DNA of 64,000 nt from an uncultured Acidobacteriota bacterium. Its GTDB lineage: Bacteria > Acidobacteriota > Vicinamibacteria > Vicinamibacterales > UBA8438. Of the stretch, positions 18,303-31,963 are shown piece by piece. The position numbers and the translations under genes are program-made. A model generated the notes under the pieces. It ran no database searches. It was not told the DNA's origin and worked only from the letters and a program-made list of their open reading frames with translations. Numbering within the stretch: the stretch's first letter is position 1; each line of letters begins with the position of its first letter. The stretch is from contig CAJWLU010000016.1 in the NCBI GenBank assembly GCA_913043225.1, positions 1 through 64,000 on the forward strand, given 5' to 3'.

Positions 18303-19550
18303 ATGGTCAAGAAAAGCGGTGAACCGGAGATTCTGCGCTGTTCGTTCTGTAACAAGGATCAGAACGATGTCCGCAAACTGATCGCCGGTCCGACAGTCTT
18401 CATCTGCGACGAGTGCGTCGAGGTCTGCAACGACATCATCGCGGACGACAACCGGTTCGAGCACCGCGGCTCCAAGTCAAGCCTCCCGGTTCCTCAAGAG
18501 ATCAAGAAGTTCCTGGACGGGTACATTGTCGGCCAGGAGCAAACCAAGAAGAAGCTCTCGGTCGCCGTCTACAACCACTACAAGCGCGTCGAGATCCAGA
18601 AGCAGTCGAGCAACCGCAACGACACCGAGCTCACCAAGGCGAACATTCTCCTGATCGGCCCGACCGGCACTGGCAAGACGCTGATGGCGCAGACGCTGGC
18701 CAGGATGCTGTCGGTGCCGTTCACCATCGTCGATGCGACGACGCTGACCGAAGCCGGCTATGTAGGCGAGGACGTCGAGAACATCGTGCTGAAGCTGCTA
18801 CAGGCCGCCGGTGGCGACATCGAGAAATGCCAGCAGGGCATTATCTACATCGATGAAATCGACAAAATCTGCCGTAAGGACGAGAACCCATCCATTACCC
18901 GGGACGTCTCGGGAGAGGGCGTGCAGCAGGCTTTGCTGAAGATCCTAGAGGGCACGGTAGCCAACGTGCCTCCACAGGGTGGCCGCAAGCACCCGCACCA
19001 GGAGTTCTTCCAGATCGACACGGCCAACGTGCTGTTCATCTGTGGGGGCGCTTTCGTTGGCCTCGAGCAGACGATCCAGCGGCGCACCGGCCGGAGGTCG
19101 CTGGGCTTCGGCGCCGACATTAAGACCGCCGACGAACGGGACCTCGGCTCGACCCTCGAAATGGTCGAGCCGGAGGATCTCATCCGCTACGGCCTCATTC
19201 CGGAGTTCGTCGGACGGCTACCGGTCATCGGCGCCCTGCACGAGCTGGACAAGCCGGCTCTGATGCAGATTCTCACCGAGCCGCGCAACGCCATCACCAA
19301 ACAGTACGAGCGCCTGTTCGAGTACGAGAACGTGAAGCTCCGCTTCACCGAGGACGCACTCGAGGCGATCGCCGAGTCGGCGCTCGAGCGCAAGATCGGG
19401 GCCCGCGGGCTACGCATGATCATCGAGGCTCTGATGCTCGACATCATGTACACGCTGCCAGGTCAGAAGAAAATCAAGGAGTGCGTCATCACCCGGGAAG
19501 TCGTACAGTCGAAGGACGATCCAATCACGGTCATCGAGAAGGCGGGCTAG
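18303..19550 (+). CDS. clpX: Clp protease ATPase subunit
   Basis: CSFC/CDEC zinc finger, [29 protein letters not shown] loop. Confidence 0.98.
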   Translation: MVKKSGEPEILRCSFCNKDQNDVRKLIAGPTVFICDECVEVCNDIIADDNRFEHRGSKSSLPVPQEIKKFLDGYIVGQEQTKKKLSVAVYNHYKRVEIQKQSSNRNDTELTKANILLIGPTGTGKTLMAQTLARMLSVPFTIVDATTLTEAGYVGEDVENIVLKLLQAAGGDIEKCQQGIIYIDEIDKICRKDENPSITRDVSGEGVQQALLKILEGTVANVPPQGGRKHPHQEFFQIDTANVLFICGGAFVGLEQTIQRRTGRRSLGFGADIKTADERDLGSTLEMVEPEDLIRYGLIPEFVGRLPVIGALHELDKPALMQILTEPRNAITKQYERLFEYENVKLRFTEDALEAIAESALERKIGARGLRMIIEALMLDIMYTLPGQKKIKECVITREVVQSKDDPITVIEKAG

Positions 19551-19601
19551 CGCACGTCTGAGACCAGCGCAGCGCACCGCACCTGAACCACCACATAACT
19601 C

Positions 19602-21986
19602 ATGGAAGTCTACGAGACTCTACCGATAGTTCCCCTGCGTGACGTCGTCGTGTTCCCGCACATGATGATGCCGTTCGTCATCGGACGACCGTCATCGACG
19701 CGAGCGCTCGAGCACGCGCTGGTGAAGGACAAACGGATCTTCCTGGCCGCCCAGCAGGACGCGGTTACCGACGACCCGCAACCCAAGGACATCTACACGA
19801 TGGGCTGCGTGGCCAACATCGTTCAGAGCCTGAAACTCCCCGACGGCAACATCAAAGTGCTGGTCGAGGGGCTGGAGCGAGCGCGCGCGGTCGAGTGGAA
19901 AGAAGACAAGGGCTTCTACCGCGTCGTCGCCAAACTGCTGCCGAAGCAGGACGACGTGAGCGACGATCTCGAATCGACCATGAGCAAGGCCGTCTCGCTG
20001 TTCGAGCAGTACGTCAAGCTATCGAACAACCTGCACTACGACGCCATGATCGCGGCGGTGCGGGTCGACGACGCCAGTAAGCTCGGTGACACCATCGCCG
20101 CCCACCTCGTGGTCGGGGTGGAAGAGAAGCAGAACCTCCTCGAGATTATCTCACCGCTCGAGCGGCTGGTGCGGATCGCCAGCCTGCTGGAAATCGAGGT
20201 CGACAAGCTTCAGGTAGACCGCCGGATCCAATCTCGCGTGAAGAAGCAGATGGAGAAGGCGCAGAAGGAGTACTACCTCAACGAGAAGATGAAGGCGATC
20301 CAGAAAGAACTGGGTCGTAAGGAAGACAAGGGTAGCGAGCTCGAGGAGCTTCGCAAGAAGATCGAAGAAGCCCGCATGCCGAAGAACGTCGAGGAGAAGG
20401 CGATCCAGGAGCTCAAGCGACTCGAGGCCATGCCTCCGATGTCGGCCGAGGCGACCGTTTCGCGCAACTACCTCGACTGGCTGATTGCGGTGCCCTGGCA
20501 CAAAAAGTCGCGCGAAAGCCGCAACCTCGAGAAAGCCGAAGAGATTCTCAACCAGGACCACTACGGTCTCGAGAAGATCAAAGATCGGATCCTCGAATTC
20601 CTCGCGGTGCGCACCCTCGTCCGCAAGCCTAAGGGCACCATCCTAACGCTGTCTGGTCCGCCGGGAGTCGGCAAGACATCGCTGGCGAAGTCAATCGCTA
20701 GAGCCACCAACCGTAAGTTCGTGCGGCTGTCGGTCGGCGGTGTCCGCGACGAGGCGGAGATTCGGGGGCATCGGCGCACCTACATCGGCGCCTTCCCCGG
20801 CCAGATCATCCAAATGATGAAGAAGGCCGGCACGATGAACCCGGTCTTCCTTCTCGACGAAGTCGACAAGATGTCAATGGACTTCCGCGGCGACCCTTCT
20901 GCCGCGCTGCTCGAGGTACTGGATCCAGAACAGAACCACACGTTCCTTGACCACTACCTGGACGTGGAATACGACCTGTCGAACATCATGTTCATCTGTA
21001 CCGCCAACGTCCTGCACACCGTGCCGCAGGCGTTGCGGGACCGGATGGAGGTGCTGCAGCTCGCCGGATACACCGAGCTCGAGAAGATCGAGATCGCCCG
21101 CACCTTCCTAGCGCCCAAGGCGGTGAAAGCCACCGGGCTGACCGACAAGAACATCCAGTTCAAGGACGAGGCGTTCGAGACGGTCATCCGACGCTACACG
21201 CGTGAGGCGGGTGTCCGGAACCTCGAGCGAGAGATCAATGCGCTGTGCCGGAAGGTGGCGCGCAAGGTGGTGGCCGAGGGTAAGCAGTTCTCGGAAGGGA
21301 TCACTGCCGAGAAGATCACCGAGCATCTGGGCGTGCCCCGCTATCGGCCGCAGATGGCCGAAGAGAAGAACGAGGTCGGGATTGCCACCGGACTAGCGTG
21401 GACGGAGGCTGGCGGCGAGCTGCTGCTCACCGAATCCACGCTGATGCCAGGCAAGGGCCGGCTGACGCTGACCGGCAAGCTCGGCGACGTAATGCAGGAA
21501 TCGGCGCAGGCCGCCATGAGCTATGTGCGGTCAAGGGCCGCCGCGTTCGGCATCGACAAGAACTTCCACCGCCGCACCGACGTCCACGTGCACGTACCCG
21601 AAGGCGCCATCCCCAAGGACGGTCCGTCGGCCGGAATCACACTGGCCACGGCGCTGGTCTCGAACCTGTCAAACATACCCACGCGTCGAGACGTGGCGAT
21701 GACCGGCGAGATCACGCTCCGCGGAAAGGTGCTCCCGATCGGTGGAGTCAAGGAGAAGGTGCTGGCCGCACACCGCGCCGGGGTCAAGACGATCATCCTG
21801 CCCAAGGACAACGAGAAGGACCTCGCCGACATCCCGAAGGCGGTGCTCGACGTCATGGAGCTACACCTGGTGGAATTCATGGACGAGGTACTGCGGATAG
21901 CGATGGCCAAGCCGCTAACGGGTCTTCTGGCCGCCGAACAGACCGAGACCGAGAACACCGCCAGCGACGACACGGTGACACACTAG
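19602..21986 (+). CDS. lon: Lon protease
   Basis: [33 protein letters not shown]. Confidence 0.98.
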   Translation: MEVYETLPIVPLRDVVVFPHMMMPFVIGRPSSTRALEHALVKDKRIFLAAQQDAVTDDPQPKDIYTMGCVANIVQSLKLPDGNIKVLVEGLERARAVEWKEDKGFYRVVAKLLPKQDDVSDDLESTMSKAVSLFEQYVKLSNNLHYDAMIAAVRVDDASKLGDTIAAHLVVGVEEKQNLLEIISPLERLVRIASLLEIEVDKLQVDRRIQSRVKKQMEKAQKEYYLNEKMKAIQKELGRKEDKGSELEELRKKIEEARMPKNVEEKAIQELKRLEAMPPMSAEATVSRNYLDWLIAVPWHKKSRESRNLEKAEEILNQDHYGLEKIKDRILEFLAVRTLVRKPKGTILTLSGPPGVGKTSLAKSIARATNRKFVRLSVGGVRDEAEIRGHRRTYIGAFPGQIIQMMKKAGTMNPVFLLDEVDKMSMDFRGDPSAALLEVLDPEQNHTFLDHYLDVEYDLSNIMFICTANVLHTVPQALRDRMEVLQLAGYTELEKIEIARTFLAPKAVKATGLTDKNIQFKDEAFETVIRRYTREAGVRNLEREINALCRKVARKVVAEGKQFSEGITAEKITEHLGVPRYRPQMAEEKNEVGIATGLAWTEAGGELLLTESTLMPGKGRLTLTGKLGDVMQESAQAAMSYVRSRAAAFGIDKNFHRRTDVHVHVPEGAIPKDGPSAGITLATALVSNLSNIPTRRDVAMTGEITLRGKVLPIGGVKEKVLAAHRAGVKTIILPKDNEKDLADIPKAVLDVMELHLVEFMDEVLRIAMAKPLTGLLAAEQTETENTASDDTVTH

Positions 21987-22005
21987 GGCGGACCTCGGGT
22001 CCGCC
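21987..22005. repeat. REP-like palindrome after lon
   Basis: (TAG)GGCGGACC-TCG-GGTCCGCC perfect 8-bp stem. Confidence 0.45.
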
Positions 22006-22036
22006 GGCCCCGACCTCCAGGCGCTCGAGAAGGCGA

Positions 22037-22657
22037 ATGAAGCTCCTCTCTGCTGAGTTCGTTACAAGCGTCGGACCGGCCAGCCCGCTTCCGGTGACCC
22101 AGCTGCCGCAAGTGGCTCTGGTAGGTCGATCGAACGTCGGCAAATCCACCCTTATCAACGCGTTAGCTAAAAAGAAGATCGCGCGAGCCGGTGGGGCGCC
22201 TGGCACCACCCGGTTGCTCAACGTCTACCAGTTTGAGCTGGCAAAGAACCGCGGTAACCTGCTGTTAATCGATCTCCCAGGTTACGGCTACGCGCGTGGA
22301 CGGGACGCCGCCGCCCAGGAGTTCGCGGAGCTAACTGGGCGCTACTTCCAGGCCGATCTGCGAGAAGAGGAGCTCGACCGCCCCGGTCAGGTCGGCCCGG
22401 CAGGTGCGGTGCTGCTCGTCGACGGTCGGCATCCCGGGCTGGACCGCGATCGAGAGGCGCTCGAGTGGCTGATCGGGCTCGATCTGCCGATGATCGTGGC
22501 CGCGACTAAGATGGACCGACTCAAGCGGTCGCAGCGTCTTAAGGTCGTGAAGCAACACGAAACCGCTCTGGGGACGGGCGTGTTACCGATCTCCGCACCA
22601 AAAGGGGATGGTTTGGGACCGTTTTGGATGGCCCTGTTAGGTCTGGCTAGACTCTAG
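22037..22657 (+). CDS. engB: Ribosome biogenesis GTPase YihA/YsxC
   Basis: GRSNVGKS, PGTT, DLPGYG, TKMD; follows lon. Confidence 0.93.
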   Translation: MKLLSAEFVTSVGPASPLPVTQLPQVALVGRSNVGKSTLINALAKKKIARAGGAPGTTRLLNVYQFELAKNRGNLLLIDLPGYGYARGRDAAAQEFAELTGRYFQADLREEELDRPGQVGPAGAVLLVDGRHPGLDRDREALEWLIGLDLPMIVAATKMDRLKRSQRLKVVKQHETALGTGVLPISAPKGDGLGPFWMALLGLARL

Positions 22658-22673
22658 CGTCTGTCATCCCCTC

Positions 22674-22682
22674 TGCTATAAT
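22674..22682 (+). promoter_or_regulatory. Extended -10 promoter of rpmE
   Basis: TGCTATAAT about 30 bp upstream of the start codon. Confidence 0.65.
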
Positions 22683-22714
22683 GGGAGTTTAAGGCAGGCG
22701 AAGAGGAGCACACG

Positions 22715-23023
22715 GTGAAGGAAGGTATCCATCCGGAGTATTTCGAGACTGAGGCGCGCTGCGCCTGCGGAGCCACCTGGAAGACACGGTCGACCAAGGA
22801 GGAGCTCCGGCTCGAGATCTGCTCCAGCTGCCACCCTTTCTTCACTGGTAAGCAGAAGCTGATCGACACCGAGGGTCGTGTCGAGCGGTTCACGAAGAAG
22901 TACGGCAAGCAGACGGTCGCCGGTCTCAAGGAGCGCCAACAAAAGCTCAAGAAGGCCGGGACCCCGCCGCCCACTCCCGATCCAGAATCCGCCCCCGCAG
23001 AGACCGAGTCGTCCGCCGGCTAG
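22715..23023 (+). CDS. rpmE: 50S ribosomal protein L31 (zinc-binding type, C-terminal extension)
   Basis: [27 protein letters not shown]. Confidence 0.97.
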   Translation: MKEGIHPEYFETEARCACGATWKTRSTKEELRLEICSSCHPFFTGKQKLIDTEGRVERFTKKYGKQTVAGLKERQQKLKKAGTPPPTPDPESAPAETESSAG

Positions 23024-24285
23024 GCTCCGTTTCCTGCAACCGACAGTCGGCGCTTGAGTCGACTCAGCCGTTTCTCGCCGTCGCGCAGTCGGTGTCTGGT
23101 GCGCTCGCCGTCGTACGCCCGCCGGGCAAAATCAAGCGCCTGACGAGTGTCCTTCACGCGATGCTCGTTGTGGATAGCCAGGGCTCTGAGCGCCTCTCGT
23201 TCGAGGGCGCCGGTCGGACGCCCCAGATCGACCAGTTTCGCCCAGACTTCGGCCGCTTCGTCGTAGCGTCGCTGCCGGCGCAACGCTGAGGCGACCCGGG
23301 ACAACGCCTCGGCCTGTAGGTCCGAGTGCACCGGCCACGGCGCGGTCGTCTGCGCCCCCTCGGCGAGCCGCTCGTAGCAGTCCACAGCCCGCCGCCGCTC
23401 CCCCGCCCGCTCGAACACGCGTCCGAGGCCTAGACACTGTTGTGCGTCGTCGGCTTCATCTGGCCCGCCGTCCACCAGCCGACAGGCCAACCCGGTGAGG
23501 ATCCCGAGCGACACCAGATCAAGCTGATTGTGGAGCAGTACGCCCTTGAGCGGCGCCGGGTCACTGGTGCGGAGGTAGCGAAAGTACAGAGCTGGAATCT
23601 CGGCGCCAGGCACATCGTCGGGGCGGTGGACGCCAAGCATGCGATGCTCGAGCACGCTCAGCCCTCCAGTGTCTGGTCCCCAAAATCGGCGTGCCGGATG
23701 CAGCAGATCCAGATGGCGAACACCCGGCATCGGGGTCTCGAGCCGATGATAGAGCCACCGCATCTCCATAAATGGCACATCGAAGCTCTTGCCATTGAAG
23801 GTGACCAGCGTATGGGCACGGGCCACCGCCTCACTCACCGCAGCCAGCAGGCCACGCTCGCTGGCGAAGCTGGGCAGCACGAACTGCCAGGTGTGGAACC
23901 GCCCCCCCTCGAAGCACCCGAATCCGACCACGAACGCCACCGTGCCAGACCCGCCGCTAAGCCCCGTGGTCTCAAGGTCGAAACAGACCAGGCCGTCTAT
24001 CGGTTCCAGCCCGGTCCAGGACGCCGGGGCGCCGCCAGACAGAGTCTGCAGTCCGGTCTCGGTGACCTCCCGAGACGCCTCGGACAACTGCTCGCCGTAG
24101 AGACCCTCCAGCTCGGTACCATCGAACCATCGCCGCACCACCGCACACGGCCCAAGGGTGCCCTGCTCGAGGCCGGCGCCCACCCGTGCCGCGAACACTT
24201 CGAGGTCAACCACCACCGAGGACGGCCGCAGCGACGGCGCTTCCGCTTCCCCTCTAAGCACGGCCCGCAGACGCGCCAGATCCAT
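23020..24285 (-). CDS. RNase H-like exonuclease with TPR repeats (MrfB/YprB-like)
   Basis: [27 protein letters not shown]-terminal TPR helices; ATG overlaps the helicase stop (TGATG). Confidence 0.88.
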   Translation of the reverse strand: MDLARLRAVLRGEAEAPSLRPSSVVVDLEVFAARVGAGLEQGTLGPCAVVRRWFDGTELEGLYGEQLSEASREVTETGLQTLSGGAPASWTGLEPIDGLVCFDLETTGLSGGSGTVAFVVGFGCFEGGRFHTWQFVLPSFASERGLLAAVSEAVARAHTLVTFNGKSFDVPFMEMRWLYHRLETPMPGVRHLDLLHPARRFWGPDTGGLSVLEHRMLGVHRPDDVPGAEIPALYFRYLRTSDPAPLKGVLLHNQLDLVSLGILTGLACRLVDGGPDEADDAQQCLGLGRVFERAGERRRAVDCYERLAEGAQTTAPWPVHSDLQAEALSRVASALRRQRRYDEAAEVWAKLVDLGRPTGALEREALRALAIHNEHRVKDTRQALDFARRAYDGERTRHRLRDGEKRLSRLKRRLSVAGNGA

Positions 24286-26729
24286 CACGAGCCACCGGCT
24301 AGATCGGTCGCTGCCTGCACCCCGAGTCCCTCGAGGATCGCCAACGCCACGGTCTTCGCCAACGGGCCTGTCTGTCCGATCGGGCCCACACACGCCGGAC
24401 AACCGGTGTCGCACGGGCACTGCTCGATCAGTTGCCTCGTGTGCGACAGCAGCGGCTCGTTCAGCCCGAAGAGCGGCTCGCTGAAGCCGATGCCCCCCGG
24501 GTAGTTGTCGTAGATGAAGATCGTCGGCTCTTCGCTCTCGGCCGCAGCGTCGGTATAGGCTCGACGCGGCGGCGCCTGCCCGTCGGCCCCACGAATCGCC
24601 AGCCCGATATCGTGGCGATCGCACATCAGAAGCAGCTGCGCCACCTGGCGGAGTGCGAAGCCAAGCCCGACCACCCCGTCCCGCCGACCGTCTCCCTCGA
24701 AACCGAGCCCATCGAGATAGGGACGGGTCAACTCGAGCCAGTAGGCGGTGGTATGCATCTCCTGCTCAGGCAGCTCCAGTTCGCCCGAACCAACGTTCTC
24801 GTTGGAGTAGAACTTGATCTTCTTGAAGCCGACAACGCGCGACACCACGTGCACTTCGCCGTGACATCCGGCCGCGGCCGGCAGAGCCAAGGGCAGCCGG
24901 TCAAACTCGTCCAGGATGGTCACCTTCGTATAGGTAATGGCATCGGTGTAGTAGTCGCTGTCAACCGGTCGCACGTACGCCTTACGCTGATCGAAATCGA
25001 AGCGAACCACTTGATACTGACGCCCCTCGACCAAGTAGATCGCCTGCTCGTAGAGCGTGGAGGTCGCGGCGCTGAAGTCGACCTCGCCGATGATACGGGT
25101 ATCGTCGGCAGTATCGACCACTACGAAATTATCCGACGAGACCGAACGGAGGCTGACCGCATCGGCCGGGTAGGACTCGTGCAGCCAGTGCCATCGGTCG
25201 TCAACCAGATCGACGAATCCTTCTTCGCGCAGGAGCCCAAGCACCGCCTGCACATCCTCCCCTCCGAACTGCTCGTCGCGTGCGAAGGGCAACTCGAAGG
25301 CGGCACACTTGATGTGGTCGAGCAGGATTTGGAGGTTATCTGGGTTGACGAGCGCATGCTCCGGAGACGCCTCGAAGAAATACTCCGGGTGCTGCACCAT
25401 GAACTGATCCACCGGAGCACTACTCGCCACCATGATGGCGGCCGAGCACGTGCTCCTCCGTCCGGCACGACCGGCACGCTGCCAGCTGGCCGCGATGGTG
25501 CCCGGATAGCCAGCCATGATGCAAACGTCGAGCGCGCCGATGTCGATACCGAGTTCCAACGCATTGGTCGACACCACGCCGGTCACCGTGCCCGCCCGCA
25601 GACCCTGCTCGATCTCGCGGCGCCGGAGGGGCAGATAGCCCCCACGGTACCCTCGGATAGCGTCTGGCCCTCCGGGTAGACGTCGACCGGCATCCTTCAA
25701 ATAGGTGGTCAGCACCTCGGTCGTCAGGCGACTCTGGGCGAACACGATCACCTGCAACCGTCGTTTCAAGAACTCGATCGCCAACCGCCGAACCTCGGAG
25801 ACGTACGACCGGCGGATGCCGAGCTGCGGATTGATCACCGGCGGGTTCACCAGCGCGAAGATCTTCTCGCCCCGGGGCGCGCCGTTCTGGGCCACCAGGG
25901 AGAACGTCTCTCCGGCCAAGCCCTCGGCCAGCTCCTTGGGATTGGCGATGGTCGCCGACGAGCAGATAAAGGTTGGCGTCGATCCGTAGTGGGCACACAC
26001 GCGACGCAGCCGCCGAAGAATGTTGGCCAAGTGGCTTCCGAAGACGCCTCGATAGGCATGCAGCTCGTCGATGACCACGTAGCGCAGGTTCTCGAACAGC
26101 TTCGCCCAGCGCGGGTGGTGCGGCAGGATGGCCGAGTGGAGCATATCTGGATTGGAGAGCACCAGATGCGCCCGGCTGCGTACGGCTCGTCGCGCATCCT
26201 GAGGCGTATCGCCGTCGTAGGTGAACGCGCCAATCGATAGATGCGGCTCGAGGCGATCGGTCAGCGTGAGCAGTTCGGCCAGCTGGTCTTGGGCCAGCGC
26301 CTTTGTCGGATAAAGGTACAGAGCGCGTGTCGCCGGACTCTCGAGAATGGTGCTCAGAATCGGCGCGTTGTAGCAGAACGTCTTCCCGGACGCCGTGGGC
26401 GTGACCACCACCACGTGGCGACCCTCCAGCGCGTGGGCCATCGCCTCAGCCTGATGGGTATAGGGGCGGTGAATGCCTCCCTCGGCCAGCGCCTCTCGGA
26501 GCCGGGTATCGATGGCAGCTGGATAGTCGGAGTATTTCGCAGCGATGGCAGGGAAACGGCGCCACGTGGTGACCAGTTCGTCATCCACGGCCACCGAAGC
26601 CAAGTCGTCGTTCTGAGGCGCCGGAACAAGCCGCTCGAGCGCGGCGAGGACGGCGGCTTCGCGCTGCCCCCCGGACAGCGCAGGCTGCTCAGCAGAACCG
26701 ACTGGACCGACGAGAGGCGCTCCCCGCAT
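24285..26729 (-). CDS. DEAD/DEAH helicase with DUF1998 (MrfA/YprA-like)
   Basis: TPTASGKT, PTKALAQDQ, DELH, SATIANP, QRAGRAGRR, C-terminal CPC..GCPAC. Confidence 0.94.
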   Translation of the reverse strand: MRGAPLVGPVGSAEQPALSGGQREAAVLAALERLVPAPQNDDLASVAVDDELVTTWRRFPAIAAKYSDYPAAIDTRLREALAEGGIHRPYTHQAEAMAHALEGRHVVVVTPTASGKTFCYNAPILSTILESPATRALYLYPTKALAQDQLAELLTLTDRLEPHLSIGAFTYDGDTPQDARRAVRSRAHLVLSNPDMLHSAILPHHPRWAKLFENLRYVVIDELHAYRGVFGSHLANILRRLRRVCAHYGSTPTFICSSATIANPKELAEGLAGETFSLVAQNGAPRGEKIFALVNPPVINPQLGIRRSYVSEVRRLAIEFLKRRLQVIVFAQSRLTTEVLTTYLKDAGRRLPGGPDAIRGYRGGYLPLRRREIEQGLRAGTVTGVVSTNALELGIDIGALDVCIMAGYPGTIAASWQRAGRAGRRSTCSAAIMVASSAPVDQFMVQHPEYFFEASPEHALVNPDNLQILLDHIKCAAFELPFARDEQFGGEDVQAVLGLLREEGFVDLVDDRWHWLHESYPADAVSLRSVSSDNFVVVDTADDTRIIGEVDFSAATSTLYEQAIYLVEGRQYQVVRFDFDQRKAYVRPVDSDYYTDAITYTKVTILDEFDRLPLALPAAAGCHGEVHVVSRVVGFKKIKFYSNENVGSGELELPEQEMHTTAYWLELTRPYLDGLGFEGDGRRDGVVGLGFALRQVAQLLLMCDRHDIGLAIRGADGQAPPRRAYTDAAAESEEPTIFIYDNYPGGIGFSEPLFGLNEPLLSHTRQLIEQCPCDTGCPACVGPIGQTGPLAKTVALAILEGLGVQAATDLAGGS

Positions 26730-26742
26730 GCCCGGGGATCGT

Positions 26743-26786
26743 AACAGGCGAAATAAAAGCGATCAACAGGCGATAAAAGAGCAAAT
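26743..26786 (-). promoter_or_regulatory. Four 11-bp-phased boxes upstream of the helicase
   Basis: GCGA at 26748, 26759 and 26770 and GCAA at 26781, with A-rich spacers. Confidence 0.6.
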
Positions 26787-26791
26787 CTTAC

Positions 26792-27571
26792 TCAGAATTG
26801 TGCTTTTGATTGGCAGCCGTCAACCGTGACGCAGGCGCCGCTGACCCAGCTAGCGCGCGACGATGCGAGAAACGCGACGACATCACCCACTTCGTGGTCG
26901 CGGCCAAACCGGCCGAACGGGAGCTCGCGCTCGACGAACTTGGCCATCCCCTTGGGGTCTTCCGCCTGACGCTTGGCCCACGAACCACCAGGGAACGAGA
27001 TCGATCCTGGCGCGACGCTGTTGACCCGGATGCCGTCCTTGGCAAGCTGCTGGGCTAGCGACTTACCCAGGCTGATCTCGGCCGCCTTGACGGCGTTGTA
27101 GGTCATGCGGCCACCCGACTCGCGGCCCCAGATGGATGCGACCATGATAATCACTCCGCCGCCCCGATGCCGCAAATGAGGCACAGTCAATCGCGATGCC
27201 CAGATCGCCGGGTGGAGCGTCTGGTCGAGCGCCGCCTGCCACTCGTCGTCAGTGGTCTCGAGCAGCCCGCTGCCGCCGGCCTTGCCGACGTTGTTCACCA
27301 GAATGTCGATGCCACCGAAGGTCTGCACGGTCTCGTTCACCGCCGTTTCGACGCCGGCCAACGTACTCAGGTCGGCCTGGACGCCGAGGACGTGGCCGTC
27401 GCCTCCGGCTAGCGTCCTGAGCTCGGCCTCGGCTTCGCGCAGGCGTTCTTCACCTCGACCGGTAACGCAAACCCTGGCGCCTTCGGTAACGAGCGAACGC
27501 GCGCTTGCAAGGCCTAGTCCGCGGCTCGACCCGGTTATAAGAGCAACCTTTTCAGTGAGTTGGAGATCCAT
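26792..27571 (-). CDS. SDR family oxidoreductase
   Basis: TGSSRGLG, LVNNVG, YNAVK, VNSVAPG. Confidence 0.95.
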   Translation of the reverse strand: MDLQLTEKVALITGSSRGLGLASARSLVTEGARVCVTGRGEERLREAEAELRTLAGGDGHVLGVQADLSTLAGVETAVNETVQTFGGIDILVNNVGKAGGSGLLETTDDEWQAALDQTLHPAIWASRLTVPHLRHRGGGVIIMVASIWGRESGGRMTYNAVKAAEISLGKSLAQQLAKDGIRVNSVAPGSISFPGGSWAKRQAEDPKGMAKFVERELPFGRFGRDHEVGDVVAFLASSRASWVSGACVTVDGCQSKAQF

Positions 27572-27580
27572 AAACGCCCG

Positions 27581-28432
27581 TTAGCGCGGTGGCCCGCCGG
27601 TGAGATCGTTCAACCGCCAGTCGAAGTCGATGTAGCGCAGCCGGAAGGTGTTCTGTTCGAGAAAGGCCTGCTCGCTCGGAAAGAGCGCTGGCTTGATGAG
27701 CTCGACAATGGCGCGCTCGAGTGCAGTTCTGTTGGGATCGCCAATGGTCGGCGCCACCGCTTCGAATTGGCTCGACCGCCAGCCGAGCACCGCGTTCACT
27801 CCGACCTCGTCGCCAGTCCGGTCGAGGGTCACGTGTCTCGGCGTGGTGGCAAAGTCCTCCATCACGGCCTGAAGCTGGGTTTCCAGCCGATTGTCTCGAA
27901 ACGCCTCGCTGCGCAACCGGGGACTGCCGGCCGCGCCACGCCCGAGCGCGAGGGTGGCGCGCGGGTCGCCAAACGACGCCACCTCGTTCTCGATCGCCTC
28001 CAGGGTCATCCGCCGTCCGGCGATAAGATGCTCGCGTCCGGTAAACATCCCTGGGATGTTCATGACACTGTTGGTCGGAAACTCGGCCGACGCGCCCTGA
28101 ATCGGGTAGTGATCGATGACGGTCCGCAGAACGAGTGCGTTGTAGCCGTTAATCCAGTACGCGAGGCGCCGGTCGCTTGACCACGCTTCGAACGCCTGGG
28201 GCTTGTCGGCCAGCGACTGTATGAAGCGGTCGATCGCATGCCGCTCGATCCGGAGCGCGGCATAGTAGACGAGACCGTCTCGCACGTACTGGTCGAGAAT
28301 CTCGTCCAACGCACTCGCCGCCAGTCCCTGAGCCCGAGCCTCCACCGGAACGAAACTGGCCAGACTGCACACCAAGAGGGGCGCCAGCACGGACCGGCGA
28401 TACCGGGTACGGCAATTGGGCGATTCGGACAC
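27581..28432 (-). CDS. DUF547 domain exported protein
   Basis: Signal-like N-terminus, LAYWINGYNA, DPR...AL, SP.L, FDWRLN; start uncertain. Confidence 0.8.
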   Translation of the reverse strand: MSESPNCRTRYRRSVLAPLLVCSLASFVPVEARAQGLAASALDEILDQYVRDGLVYYAALRIERHAIDRFIQSLADKPQAFEAWSSDRRLAYWINGYNALVLRTVIDHYPIQGASAEFPTNSVMNIPGMFTGREHLIAGRRMTLEAIENEVASFGDPRATLALGRGAAGSPRLRSEAFRDNRLETQLQAVMEDFATTPRHVTLDRTGDEVGVNAVLGWRSSQFEAVAPTIGDPNRTALERAIVELIKPALFPSEQAFLEQNTFRLRYIDFDWRLNDLTGGPPR

Positions 28433-28452
28433 GGAGACGCATAATACCCCAC

Positions 28453-28836
28453 GTGCTAACCGCAGCGACCTTGGGGATGGCCGGCTACGGCCTCTACTCC
28501 GTCGGGGCGGGTTTGACAGATCTGCTGGGCGCTTCACGCCTCGAATGGCAGGTAAACCTAGCATTGGTCGTGCTCGGCGTGATGCTGGTGCTGGGCGGCC
28601 TCTTCGTAAGGGTCCGGATGCCCGGCAGCCTCGCCCTATCGCTTGCGGCGCTCTTCGGCCTACAGTCGCTCGCCCTCCACAACGCGGGACACCTCTACGG
28701 CCAGATCGCCCCTGAGCCGCAGATCGCCCGCGCGGTGTTTGCGGTGACGCTGATCGCGCTGGCCTACTTCGGCAAGCTCGCGGAGGTAGACGGACGGAAC
28801 TCAGCGAACGACAGCCAGAAGCCAGGAGAAGCCTGA
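28453..28836 (+). CDS. Hypothetical membrane protein
   Basis: Four hydrophobic segments, host-like codon usage, fills the gap between opposite-strand genes. Confidence 0.65.
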   Translation: MLTAATLGMAGYGLYSVGAGLTDLLGASRLEWQVNLALVVLGVMLVLGGLFVRVRMPGSLALSLAALFGLQSLALHNAGHLYGQIAPEPQIARAVFAVTLIALAYFGKLAEVDGRNSANDSQKPGEA

Positions 28837-28855
28837 CTCTCCGTGTACGAAGCAT

Positions 28856-28883
28856 GGGCCGGACGGCAAACACCGCCCGGCCC
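28856..28883 (-). terminator. Hairpin between convergent genes
   Basis: GGGCCGGGCGG-TGTTTG-CCGTCCGGCCC on the minus strand downstream of nrdJ. Confidence 0.45.
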
Positions 28884-28918
28884 GATTCTATCTCCAGACT
28901 ACTGTGTACTTGCGGGCG

Positions 28919-31690
<2,772 letters not shown>

Positions 31691-31869
31691 GTAGCAACTC
31701 CTTCCGAACGGAGGACACGAAGACGTGTCATTCAACGAATCCGGGACTGTGCCCGGGGGATTGTGGGACCCCGCCGCACTGCGCAATTCCGTGACGAATT
31801 GTGCCAGATATCCGGCGTATGCCCAGGTCGCCTACTATGGACCCAGCTGTCGGTGTTGTCAAGCGATAG

Positions 31870-31885
31870 CCACTACATGTTGTGG
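31870..31885. promoter_or_regulatory. NrdR box (proximal)
   Basis: CCACTACATGTTGTGG matches the acaCwAtATaTwGtg consensus. Confidence 0.85.
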
Positions 31886-31901
31886 TTTTGTTTTAGGTCA
31901 A

Positions 31902-31917
31902 TCGCAATATATTGTGA
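31902..31917. promoter_or_regulatory. NrdR box (distal)
   Basis: TCGCAATATATTGTGA, 32 bp from the first box (typical tandem spacing). Confidence 0.85.
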
Positions 31918-31963
31918 GTGTGACTAGAAAAATCGCCTATTTCTGCTGTGTTAGAGTCCGCCC

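Noticed and set aside
21398..22036. N-terminal extension of engB, and similar extensions on tig, mrfB-like, DUF547 and nrdJ ORFs
   Set aside because: These overlap neighbouring genes or tRNA and lack family motifs; downstream starts fit better.
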